DNA from: an uncultured Candidatus Actinomarina sp.
GTDB lineage: Bacteria; Actinomycetota; Acidimicrobiia; Actinomarinales; Actinomarinaceae
NCBI GenBank assembly: GCA_902593475.1
Contig: CACJIM010000004.1
Location: 340 to 64,339, forward strand
DNA length: 64,000 nucleotides
Direction of reading: 5' to 3'
Shown here: piece after piece, positions 48,051-56,555 of the stretch
Layout of the letters: each line of letters begins with the position of its first letter
Numbering within the stretch: the stretch's first letter is position 1
The notes under the pieces: model-generated
Told to the model about the DNA's origin: nothing
Databases searched by the model: none
Seen by the model: only the letters and a program-made list of their open reading frames with translations
Translations under genes and position numbers: made by a program

Positions 48051-48350
48051 CTTGCTATCAGTGACCTGTGAAAATTTCCCCCAAAATGTTTCACGAAGTT
48101 CATGAGAAGTTTTATTTCTCCCTATTTCATTATATAAATAAGAGGGTGAGAAATCTTTAGAAGTGCTATTTTCACAAATAAATATGCTTTGTGAAATAAA
48201 TATCACAATCTTGCAGGGTTGTGAAATAAGAATTATAATGATTTTATTGGTCAATCACGTGTATGCGTTGAAAATCACTCAAACACACTTCCATAAGTGG
48301 TTGACCTATGCCTGATTTTATATATACCCTAAAATATTTATTCTTAATTT

Positions 48351-48842
48351 ATGCAAAGATTTAAAACCTCAAATAGTTTGACTTATGATTGCTCTGTGGA
48401 AAGCTTATGGGAAATTGTTTCATCCCCTAATTACTTAAACAATGTACACCCTTTTTGTAAAGATAACTCAATTATCCAATGGAACAACGAGCATCACGAA
48501 GACAAAATAATCTATTTAAATGAGAGAACTTATATTAGAAGATTTGTAAGTTGGAGAGATTTAGAGGGGTACGATCTCTGGATTGGTGATAATAATAAAA
48601 ATCAGTCTTTTGTTGAGTGGAAGTTAGAAAAGGTAGATACTGGATCAAAGCTTACAATTACGGTTTATCCATTTTTGTTAAGTTCTTGGCCAAAGGTGTT
48701 TTCTTTTTTACCTTATTTTTTATATATAAATATTAAATTGAAGTCTTACCTGTTCTCAGTGCTCAGTGGTATTGAATGGTATGTAAAAGAGAAAACTCCT
48801 GTTCCAAAAAATCAATTTGGTAGACACAGTTGGTTTTCTTAA
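48351..48842 (+). CDS. SRPBCC (START/polyketide cyclase-like) family protein
   Basis: 163 aa. The length and the N-terminal pattern (VESLWEIVSSPNYLNNVHPF) suggest the SRPBCC fold. Weak assignment. Confidence 0.5.
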   Translation: MQRFKTSNSLTYDCSVESLWEIVSSPNYLNNVHPFCKDNSIIQWNNEHHEDKIIYLNERTYIRRFVSWRDLEGYDLWIGDNNKNQSFVEWKLEKVDTGSKLTITVYPFLLSSWPKVFSFLPYFLYINIKLKSYLFSVLSGIEWYVKEKTPVPKNQFGRHSWFS

Positions 48843-48843
48843 A

Positions 48844-49344
48844 TTAATGTTCTCTTGATCTAGACGAGTTAGACATTGTCTTTTCTAGAGAGCCATTAGA
48901 AAATATATAAGATTCAACACTGTCTACTAAATGTTTTCCATTTTGTGATTTTTGCATAATTACGTCTACAGTCATGCCCTCATAAGGTGAGATTAGAGTT
49001 ATTGAATGTTGCCTAAATTTTTTTGAGGATTGATCTCTTCGGATTACATCACTAATCATATTGCTTGACTCCCAGGACCAATCCTCACCAACAGCAACAA
49101 ACTTACATATGTGTTTTGTCTGTGATTTGTCTATTCTTGCTCCAGGGCAAACCAGCATTGATCCCTCAACCCACGGGTTTAAACCTAGGCCGTCGATTTT
49201 TGGAAAAGCTATATTAAATGAATCGTCAACAATTGCCTCAATATCACCTTTTTTAAAATTTCGCTCTTTTATGATTTCAGAAATTGTGTTTTGAATCTGA
49301 AATAGTGATTCCTCGTCTAGGTTTTCAAGATTTTCTCTGTCCAT
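48844..49344 (-). CDS. Hypothetical protein
   Basis: 166 aa, soluble, no family recognised. Confidence 0.55.
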   Translation of the reverse strand: MDRENLENLDEESLFQIQNTISEIIKERNFKKGDIEAIVDDSFNIAFPKIDGLGLNPWVEGSMLVCPGARIDKSQTKHICKFVAVGEDWSWESSNMISDVIRRDQSSKKFRQHSITLISPYEGMTVDVIMQKSQNGKHLVDSVESYIFSNGSLEKTMSNSSRSREH

Positions 49345-49377
49345 AATTACATATAAACAGTCAAGTAAGACAAATTG

Positions 49378-49533
49378 CTACTCTTCTTCTAAAGCGAGCT
49401 TTTGACCAGCTGTTTGCTTTCCTCTTAAATCTCGAATGTCTACTCGAATTAGACCAATTACAAAGATAGTTAACGTTCCCACCGGAAAAAGTAGGATTAA
49501 AAATAATGGAGATGAAGTTAATGTCTCTATCAT
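49378..49533 (-). CDS. Small single-TM membrane ORF (51 aa)
   Basis: MIETLTSSPLFLILLFPVGTLTIFVIGLIRVDIRDLRGKQTAGQKLALEEE. Below the track cutoff. Confidence 0.4.
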   Translation of the reverse strand: MIETLTSSPLFLILLFPVGTLTIFVIGLIRVDIRDLRGKQTAGQKLALEEE

Positions 49534-49583
49534 GTTTTTATATTAACAAATTTATATACTATAATTAATCACAGAGGAGAAAT

Positions 49584-49739
49584 ATGGTAAAACTTGGTTT
49601 GTACGCAAGCATGGTGTCTGTAATAGCATCAGTGCTTATTTATATTGTTTTAGATGATTCTCAACTTGCGATTTATGTAGGTCTATGGGCACCAACGTTA
49701 ATTCTTTATAGCCAGGCTTACGAACAAGCAAATAAGTAA
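49584..49739 (+). CDS. Small two-TM membrane ORF (51 aa)
   Basis: MVKLGLYASMVSVIASVLIYIVLDDSQLAIYVGLWAPTLILYSQAYEQANK. A GGAGA SD lies 4 nt upstream. Below the track cutoff. Confidence 0.5.
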   Translation: MVKLGLYASMVSVIASVLIYIVLDDSQLAIYVGLWAPTLILYSQAYEQANK

Positions 49740-49865
49740 CTTGGTTTAGGTATAAATTTAAACCTTACTAGTATTTGATTGTGAATAAAGTTGAAAAGAA
49801 ATCATTTTTTGGATTCCTTGCTATTGCATTTGTCTTACATTTGTACTTAGTCATTTCCCTTCTCG

Positions 49866-50321
49866 GTGGTTAAAAAAACTTTACTTCTTTTTATATTCTT
49901 AATTTCTTGTACAGGTAGTGAATCTGCAATTGAGGAATCAAAATCTTTAAATTCTGAAGAAGTGCTTAATCAAATATTGGAAAGCTATAAAAACTTTTCA
50001 GACAACCCAGAAGAAGCTGTTGATCTAATTTGGGGCTTCGCACATGAAGATAATAAGGAAATCACGGGACCAAAAGAGAGGTTTGGTCAAATGTTGGTTA
50101 GCGAACCATACGACTCCATTATTGATCTTAAAGAGTACTCATATGAAGTAACGTATGAAAATGAAACAAATGTACATTATGAAGTTAAGGTACTTGCTAA
50201 AACTAATAATTATTTTGTAATTACATGGGTTTTTGAGAAAACGGATTGTCCGGAATTAGAACAGCAGTGTTGGCTAACAATTGCTGTGACTGCACCAGAA
50301 TATTTTCAATCAGGTATTTAA
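49866..50321 (+). CDS. Small lipoprotein of unknown function
   Basis: 151 aa with GTG start, signal peptide and lipobox FLISC. Confidence 0.6.
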   Translation: MVKKTLLLFIFLISCTGSESAIEESKSLNSEEVLNQILESYKNFSDNPEEAVDLIWGFAHEDNKEITGPKERFGQMLVSEPYDSIIDLKEYSYEVTYENETNVHYEVKVLAKTNNYFVITWVFEKTDCPELEQQCWLTIAVTAPEYFQSGI

Positions 50322-50839
50322 TCGTCTAAATTTTCTAAAGGATTTTCTGGCTGGCAAATTTCAAAAGCTTCTTGTACTGCCTCCGAGCTAAAATCTATAT
50401 CTGCATCTCTAAATGCAAAGAACCCAAACTCCCCGGGTTTTGGATCTGGAAAGTCAATTCCTTGGTCTCTCATACACTGCGAAAACTCTAAAGAAGCATC
50501 AACTAAAGCCGCTTCAACTTCTGGATCTAAATCAAATTGCTCTGGGAGAGCATTTCTCAAAATATCTTCACAATTTTCAAAAGCACTCTCAAACTCTTCT
50601 TCATTTTCAATTTCTAAATTATCGAACTGTGGATTTCCATCTATATCAAATTTTGGGTCAGGAAAATTAATACCTTCTTCTCGCATGCATTGAGCAAACT
50701 CGAGGACACCCTCTTCAAAAGTTGTCTCCTCATCAACAACTGTTGTAGCGGTGGTAGATTCAATAGTTACAACTCCTTGGGATTCTTCTCCGCCGATAGT
50801 GCATGCAGTAAATATAGCTACAAAGACTAGGATTTTTAT
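50318..50839 (-). CDS. Acidic two-module Cys-motif lipoprotein, paralogue P1 (start uncertain)
   Basis: Signal and lipobox read KIKILVFVAIFTAC. Two modules are present: EFAQCMREEGINFPDP...FENC and EFSQCMRDQGIDFPDP...FEIC. The only canonical start (ATG 50947) overlaps the permease gene by 112 nt. ATA 50839 and ATC 50833 are the only codons near the signal peptide. Confidence 0.6.
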   Translation of the reverse strand: MKILVFVAIFTACTIGGEESQGVVTIESTTATTVVDEETTFEEGVLEFAQCMREEGINFPDPKFDIDGNPQFDNLEIENEEEFESAFENCEDILRNALPEQFDLDPEVEAALVDASLEFSQCMRDQGIDFPDPKPGEFGFFAFRDADIDFSSEAVQEAFEICQPENPLENLDD

Positions 50840-52023
50840 TTTCGAACTGCCTCTGCTGGTTGAATTTTTGAAGCTTTTATAGCTGGATATACACCAGAAA
50901 TAGCTCCGATTAATAATGCTAAAAGTACTGCTCCAAATATTTGCCATACAGGTATTGAGAATACAATATTTGTGTAATTAGTATAACCCAGGGTAATAGC
51001 TGTTCCGAGAAGCACTCCAACTAAACCCCCTATTCCTGACAAAACAATACTTTCTAATAAAAATTGGTACCTAATTTCTCTTCTAGTAGCACCAATAGAT
51101 CTTCTAACTCCAATTTCCATTCTTCTCTCTAGCACAGACATCACCATGACATTTGCAATAGCGACACCACCAACAAGAAGTGCAACTGAACCAAGCCCTA
51201 AAAGTAGATTAGTAAATGCTTCTTCAGCTGCCTGTTGGGCTTCGAGTGCATCTGATGGACGGGTAACCTCAACTTGATCTGGGTTTTCAGGATTCATTGA
51301 GGGCGCCAGTACTTCGACAACGTCCTCGATAAATGTCGGGTTAGCTCGTAAATAAATTGTTGTTGGCTCTTCATCAATATCAAATAATGTTTTTGCTACA
51401 CCATATCCAATGAACACAGATCTGTCTAAGTCTGGATGAATTTTGAGCTCTTCTAGTATTCCAACTACACCAAACCATTCTTTTTCAATAAGTATCTTTG
51501 TGGGTGTTGATAAGTTGTTAATTCCTAATCGCTGTGCAGTTACGTTACCTAAGACTGTTACTGGAATATCAGAGAGCCCGTCCTCAATAAACCTACCATC
51601 AATTAAATTGCCTCCTATAACATCTAGCAGTTCAGCACTAGTAACAATTGTTGAAATACCACCGCCTTCAAATTCTGAAATAAAATTACTTCTCCTTACC
51701 AGAAGGTCTGTTTGGGTTGTAGAAGTAACTTCTTGAACTGGACCTATCCTTTCAACCATGCCTAAAACTCCTTTTGGGAGTTCTTCCTGGGTTCCAAAAA
51801 AACCAGCCTGGGGTGATGCTTTAACTAAGTTTGTACCTAAAGATTCTAGTGTTGAGAGAAGGTCTGCCCTTCCTGAAGCTGAAATTCCAGATACTGCAAC
51901 AATTGCAGCGATTCCAATACCAATACCAATTGAAGTAAGTGTTGCTCTACCTTTTCTTGCTCTAACACCGTATAAAGCTACAAAAAACAAGTCTTTGATT
52001 TTAAGTCTATTTCTTTTCATCAA
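50836..52023 (-). CDS. MacB/FtsX-type ABC transporter permease
   Basis: 395 aa. One N-terminal TM helix is followed by a large extracytoplasmic domain and three C-terminal TM helices (FtsX topology). Confidence 0.88.
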   Translation of the reverse strand: MMKRNRLKIKDLFFVALYGVRARKGRATLTSIGIGIGIAAIVAVSGISASGRADLLSTLESLGTNLVKASPQAGFFGTQEELPKGVLGMVERIGPVQEVTSTTQTDLLVRRSNFISEFEGGGISTIVTSAELLDVIGGNLIDGRFIEDGLSDIPVTVLGNVTAQRLGINNLSTPTKILIEKEWFGVVGILEELKIHPDLDRSVFIGYGVAKTLFDIDEEPTTIYLRANPTFIEDVVEVLAPSMNPENPDQVEVTRPSDALEAQQAAEEAFTNLLLGLGSVALLVGGVAIANVMVMSVLERRMEIGVRRSIGATRREIRYQFLLESIVLSGIGGLVGVLLGTAITLGYTNYTNIVFSIPVWQIFGAVLLALLIGAISGVYPAIKASKIQPAEAVRK

Positions 52024-52700
52024 TTCACTATTTTTCCATCAACTAGTTCTATAACTTTTTTGAACATACTTGCATGTTCCTGGTTGTGGGTAATCATTAT
52101 CACTGTTTTACCCTGATTGTTTAAGTCTTTCAGAATATTGAGTATGTTGATGCCGGATTCTTTATCTAAATTTCCTGTTGGTTCATCTGCTAGTACGAAT
52201 GCCGGATCTTGCACTAGAGCACGAGCAATTGCGACTCTCTGTTGTTGACCGCCGGACAATTCTTTGGGTAAATGGGTCAACCTGTCACCAAGGCCAACTT
52301 GTTCTAAAACTTCTTTCGCTTTTTCTAATCTCTCTGATCTTGAAATACCTTGGTATAAAAGACCTTCTGCAACATTTTCTTGAGCAGTTAATCCTGGAAG
52401 AAGGAAGAAGCTTTGAAATATGAATCCAATCTTTTCACCTCTAAACTTTGATAGCTCATTGTCTGAAAGTTCTGATACGTCTTTGCCCTCAATTTCTATA
52501 GAGCCATCGGTTATGCTGTCTAATAATCCAATCATATTTAAGAAAGTGGATTTACCACTTCCTGATTGACCGACTATTGAGACAAAATCTCCTTCTTTAA
52601 TTTCAAGTGAGACACCATCTAAAGCTCTTACTGGCGGAGGGCCTTCGTATACTTTGGAGATGTTATTTATAGAGATGACAGTTTTTGTACTGGTTTTCAT
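52020..52700 (-). CDS. ABC transporter ATP-binding protein (MacB/LolD-type)
   Basis: 226 aa with Walker A GQSGSGKST, signature LSGGQQQRVAIARAL and Walker B LADEPTGNLD. Confidence 0.93.
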   Translation of the reverse strand: MKTSTKTVISINNISKVYEGPPPVRALDGVSLEIKEGDFVSIVGQSGSGKSTFLNMIGLLDSITDGSIEIEGKDVSELSDNELSKFRGEKIGFIFQSFFLLPGLTAQENVAEGLLYQGISRSERLEKAKEVLEQVGLGDRLTHLPKELSGGQQQRVAIARALVQDPAFVLADEPTGNLDKESGINILNILKDLNNQGKTVIMITHNQEHASMFKKVIELVDGKIVN

Positions 52701-54283
52701 CTTGGTACAACTACTATTTGACCCTCTGAGATATTTCCTTTTACTTCCACAAAACCGTCAGTAAATACTCCTATTTCAACAGCAACGTAACTTGTGTCAA
52801 TGCCAGACTCTCCTTCAAATGTTCCAGTATCAAGCGCTCCGTCATAAACTTCTAAAGCATATCCTCCTTCTGCTAAAGCAAGGAGGGCGTTGACTGGAAC
52901 ATAAAGAACATTTTCAGAAATCTCTGTTGTAACAAATACTTTTACAGGAGCTTGGTCGTATGCTTCAATCTCTTCTGGGTTAAGAACTTCTAAAGTAACT
53001 TCTATAAATTCTCCAGCTTGAGTTTGTGTTACAACCTGGTCAATAAAGGTAATGACTGTTGGGACTCTTTCATCTGTAGGAAGTTCTATTTCAACACTAT
53101 CACCAAGTGAAACTGTTTCCTGGTCGGTAGCATCAACTTGAAAGACAACTTCAATTCCAATAGAAGAAATGTTGTACAGTGGTGAATTTAGTACAACAGC
53201 AGAACCAACGTCATTAACATAAGAGCCAACAATTATTGGTGTTTTAGATGCATACGCATTTGTTGGACTAAAAGTTTCTGACTTTGAGGCAAGCTCTAGC
53301 TCTTCAAGCTCTTCTTTGGCTTTTGCTAACTCAGCTACTTGATCAACACCTTCGTTATAGCTTTCTAGGGTATCGTCATATGCTTTTTGAGCTGTTTCAA
53401 TAGCCAAAGCTTCTGTTGCATCAATTCCTGACTCTTTGCCTTTTTCTAAATCTTTAATTCTTTTTTGTTTTTCAATTTCTTGCTCTAGGTCTTCAATTTC
53501 AGAGTCTCTGGTGCCATTTGCAATTTTGTCTTTTGTTTCAGGTATTGTATCGTCTTGAAGTAAGGTAATGCTTTGTTCAGCATTTTCAATAGCGGTGTCG
53601 GCTGCTTTCCAAGCTGCACTTTCTTCATTAGCAGCCTCTTTTGCATCATCTAGCTTTTTCTTTTTGTCGTTTACCTGTGCCAATGTGGTTCCGCCATCTG
53701 AAATTGTCTCTTCAATATTTTCGACTTCGGTCTTTTTTAAATTTATAGCAACCTGTTCTGCTGGTGTAATTTCAGATTTTGTATCAATTTTGTAATCAAC
53801 GTAAAGTGCATTAAGCATATTAGAAGTAGTCTCATCAAAGATTTCATCAGGTACAAAGTCTTCTGATGCGTAACCCAAGAACACAAGAGCTTCTTCAAGT
53901 TGTAAAACATCAGGACCAGCATCAGAGTTTAAATCTAAAGTTCTATAAAAGGGCGTCACTCCTTCAACTAAAATTACAGGTTTATTGTCCACGGCAAATA
54001 AGACTTCTCCAAAATTAATAATGGTTCCCTCTTTAGGAACAAAGGTAACAACCCCCGACATTGGTGAGTTGAGCACTTTACTGTCAGTCTGTCTTAAGGT
54101 TCCGTTATACTCTTCTTTCTTTGCTAAGTCACCTTTTTGTATAGCAACAGTGGTAAGTTCTAGGGTTTTGTTGTTTGTAGATGATTCTGTGTTCTGAGTA
54201 CCAAAATAATAACCACCATAACCTAGTGCAATGACTGCAATTAAAATGTACAGATTTTTTAATTTAAATATATTTTTCATCAT
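52697..54283 (-). CDS. Membrane-fusion (HlyD/MacA-like) adaptor with an inserted peptidoglycan-binding-like domain and a long coiled coil
   Basis: 528 aa with an N-terminal TM helix and a lipoyl-like hairpin (SPMSGVVTFVPKEG). A PG-binding-like segment follows (GPDVLQLEEALVFLGYASEDFVPDEIFDETT). Then comes an acidic coiled coil of roughly 170 aa and a C-terminal beta-barrel. Confidence 0.8.
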   Translation of the reverse strand: MMKNIFKLKNLYILIAVIALGYGGYYFGTQNTESSTNNKTLELTTVAIQKGDLAKKEEYNGTLRQTDSKVLNSPMSGVVTFVPKEGTIINFGEVLFAVDNKPVILVEGVTPFYRTLDLNSDAGPDVLQLEEALVFLGYASEDFVPDEIFDETTSNMLNALYVDYKIDTKSEITPAEQVAINLKKTEVENIEETISDGGTTLAQVNDKKKKLDDAKEAANEESAAWKAADTAIENAEQSITLLQDDTIPETKDKIANGTRDSEIEDLEQEIEKQKRIKDLEKGKESGIDATEALAIETAQKAYDDTLESYNEGVDQVAELAKAKEELEELELASKSETFSPTNAYASKTPIIVGSYVNDVGSAVVLNSPLYNISSIGIEVVFQVDATDQETVSLGDSVEIELPTDERVPTVITFIDQVVTQTQAGEFIEVTLEVLNPEEIEAYDQAPVKVFVTTEISENVLYVPVNALLALAEGGYALEVYDGALDTGTFEGESGIDTSYVAVEIGVFTDGFVEVKGNISEGQIVVVPR

Positions 54284-54346
54284 TGTTCCAATTAAAGTAT
54301 TTTATTAAACCTGTGTGTATTCTGAGAAATTTTTTTACTTAGTTTT

Positions 54347-54946
54347 TTATGCATCCCACTCCTCATCTTTTAGCTCTTCTGGTAACTTATCTTCACATGC
54401 CTGCCATGTCTTAACTAAAGGATCGTCTTCTCTAAGCTCCCAGTCTTCATCAATATAAGCGTCTAATCTAACTTCTCTATTGAAATAATCTGGATCTGGT
54501 ACTTTTGGATATCCACTTTCTCTAAAACACTTCGCCATAAACAGTGATCTATCAATTTCTTTCGATACTTGTGCTGGATCTTCAAATTGATTTTCGTCTG
54601 CTACACCCCATAAATTATATTTCAAAGCGCATTCTTCGATTATATCCCATAGTTCCTCGGCCTCTTGTTCAGTTATTGTTTCAAAATATGAAGCAATTGT
54701 GGTGTAGAGATCTAAAAAGTTTTTTGGTTCTTTAAATTTATAACCAGATTCATTAACACACTGAACAAGTACTAAAGGTGCGTCCTCATCTGAGATTTCT
54801 TCTCGTTCATCTGTAAGCTGTACACCAGAAGCAATTGCCTCTTTACCTTTGTCAGTATCCGCAACAGAGACAACAGCTTGCTCATCTTGTTGAAAAAAAG
54901 AGCATGCTGTTAAAAAAATGAGTATTACTGAAGCTTTTTTATACAT
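54347..54946 (-). CDS. Acidic two-module Cys-motif lipoprotein, paralogue P2
   Basis: Start placed at MYKKASVILIFLTAC (ATG 54946); the track start at 55108 overlaps the upstream gene. Modules are VLVQCVNESGYKFKEP...IEECALKYNLW and MAKCFRESGYPKVPDP...WQAC. Confidence 0.7.
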   Translation of the reverse strand: MYKKASVILIFLTACSFFQQDEQAVVSVADTDKGKEAIASGVQLTDEREEISDEDAPLVLVQCVNESGYKFKEPKNFLDLYTTIASYFETITEQEAEELWDIIEECALKYNLWGVADENQFEDPAQVSKEIDRSLFMAKCFRESGYPKVPDPDYFNREVRLDAYIDEDWELREDDPLVKTWQACEDKLPEELKDEEWDA

Positions 54947-54971
54947 AGAAAAATTATAAAGTAACCTAGTC

Positions 54972-55562
54972 TTATCCTCCACCTTGTTGTGGTGGTTCAA
55001 GTCCAAGGTCGTCAAAACACTCCCCAGCTGCTTCCCTAACTTGATCTTCAAGATACTGTCCAGACTGCACAAGGCTAATAAGAATAGATCTAAGAGGTCT
55101 TTCAGCATTCGGATCTTCCACTTCTATCCCTTTTTCCCGTAAGCATTGTGCAAATTCCAACTCAGTGTCCAATGTATCAGCAACTTCTTCAGGATTCTCA
55201 AAGTCTGCTGTGCCACCAAGTGGAATATCGTTTTCGTCAGCACATGTTTGAATTGTCTCAAAAAGTTCTTCTCTACCTTTTTGATCAGAAGCTAAAAATA
55301 CTGGACGTAAAACACTCTGTAAACTCTCATCGTTTTTAGGATCTGAAACATCATATCCATTCTCTCTTAAGCACTTAGCTAGTAAAAGTTGTGCATCTTC
55401 TATTGAAACTACTTCTTCAGCAACTTCCTCTGCAATTGTTGTAACTGTTGTATCACTTGATAAATCTTTTGTAGAAACAACTCCTTGTGATTCATCTGAT
55501 GATGAACAAGCCGAGAAAAGAACAAATAGAAGTAATAAGAAGATATTTAAATATTTTTTCAT
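54972..55562 (-). CDS. Acidic two-module Cys-motif lipoprotein, paralogue P3
   Basis: 196 aa with signal and lipobox LFVLFSAC. Modules are LLAKCLRENGYDVSDP...IQTC and EFAQCLREKGIEVEDP...AGEC. Confidence 0.75.
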   Translation of the reverse strand: MKKYLNIFLLLLFVLFSACSSSDESQGVVSTKDLSSDTTVTTIAEEVAEEVVSIEDAQLLLAKCLRENGYDVSDPKNDESLQSVLRPVFLASDQKGREELFETIQTCADENDIPLGGTADFENPEEVADTLDTELEFAQCLREKGIEVEDPNAERPLRSILISLVQSGQYLEDQVREAAGECFDDLGLEPPQQGGG

Positions 55563-55566
55563 AATT

Positions 55567-56007
55567 TTAATTGTTTACCCTTATTGAAATAAAAAAGAAA
55601 ATTAAAGTCACTAAACCTATTAAAGGGGTAAGTGCTCCTGGAGGAGCTGAGTCAATGATTAAAGACTTGTATTGACCGATTCCTGCTCTGAGTATGTTTT
55701 CTAAAGCAATAATTAGCAACATAAGCGGAATAAGTTCTCTAATTTTTAAAACAATAAGAAGCAAAATGCAAGCCAAAACTAGCTGTGAAAAACCCCACTG
55801 AGCAAATATTGAAACAATGTTGTTTGCAGCTTCCGGTGAATAGCTGCTTAGTGGAATGCCTGCAATAGTTTCGGCTCCACCATCTTCAGCAAATATGTGT
55901 TCAAGGCTTCTAAATAAATTGAACCCAATTAGTAACCAACAATAGTAATAGACAATTTTGTTGCTTGGTATTTTGTTTTCAATTGTTTGGGGTATTAATT
56001 TTTTCAT
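55567..56007 (-). CDS. Small four-TM membrane protein of unknown function
   Basis: 146 aa with four hydrophobic helices. It lies between lipoprotein paralogues P4 and P3. Confidence 0.6.
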   Translation of the reverse strand: MKKLIPQTIENKIPSNKIVYYYCWLLIGFNLFRSLEHIFAEDGGAETIAGIPLSSYSPEAANNIVSIFAQWGFSQLVLACILLLIVLKIRELIPLMLLIIALENILRAGIGQYKSLIIDSAPPGALTPLIGLVTLIFFFISIRVNN

Positions 56008-56061
56008 AAGATGTTTCTATGTTTTTAATTTCTTTATTTTTTTATTATACAAATCTAATAC

Positions 56062-56553
56062 TTATTTTTGCCAACCACATTCTTGTAATAACGGCATAAC
56101 GTCATCTTTGGATTCCTTGAGCCCACTTAAATCAACCTTAGGTTCTTGTTGGTTTGGATCAGGAACATTTAACCCTTTTTCTCTTAGGCATTTAGCTAAT
56201 TCAAGATTTTCATCATAAATTTTGGCAAGCTCTTCAGGATTCAATGAAGATGTTTCTGACCAGAGATTATATTTACTTATGCAGTAATCGACATCTTCTC
56301 TTAGTTGCAGCTGTTCATCTTTGCTATTGCTTAACTGACTAATTGTTGTTTTTAAATCTTCAATATCAAACGGTGTTGCTATGTTATATCCCATTTCTTC
56401 GTTTAAGCATTGTGTTAAAACAATTGGATAGTCCTCTTCCGCTATAACCGAAGTGGTGGTTGTGTCATTTGATAAAGAGGCTACTCCGTCATCGTTAGAA
56501 GTTGAACATAAATTAAAGAGAAGAGTAAAAATTATTAAATATATTTTTTTCAA
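56062..56553 (-). CDS. Acidic two-module Cys-motif lipoprotein, paralogue P4
   Basis: Start placed at TTG 56553, 9 nt after GAGGAA, giving MKKIYLIIFTLLFNLC. Modules are VLTQCLNEEMGYNIATP...DYCISKYNLW and ELAKCLREKGLNVPDP...LQEC. The track start at 56637 overlaps the upstream gene. Confidence 0.7.
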   Translation of the reverse strand: MKKIYLIIFTLLFNLCSTSNDDGVASLSNDTTTTSVIAEEDYPIVLTQCLNEEMGYNIATPFDIEDLKTTISQLSNSKDEQLQLREDVDYCISKYNLWSETSSLNPEELAKIYDENLELAKCLREKGLNVPDPNQQEPKVDLSGLKESKDDVMPLLQECGWQK

Positions 56554-56555
56554 TT

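Noticed and set aside
48015-48254. 79-aa reverse-strand ORF in the long spacer after the APC permease
   Set aside because: It has low-complexity Ile/Ser-rich sequence and no SD. It runs through the terminator hairpin and into the permease 3' end. It is treated as non-coding, and the spacer itself is reported as a finding.
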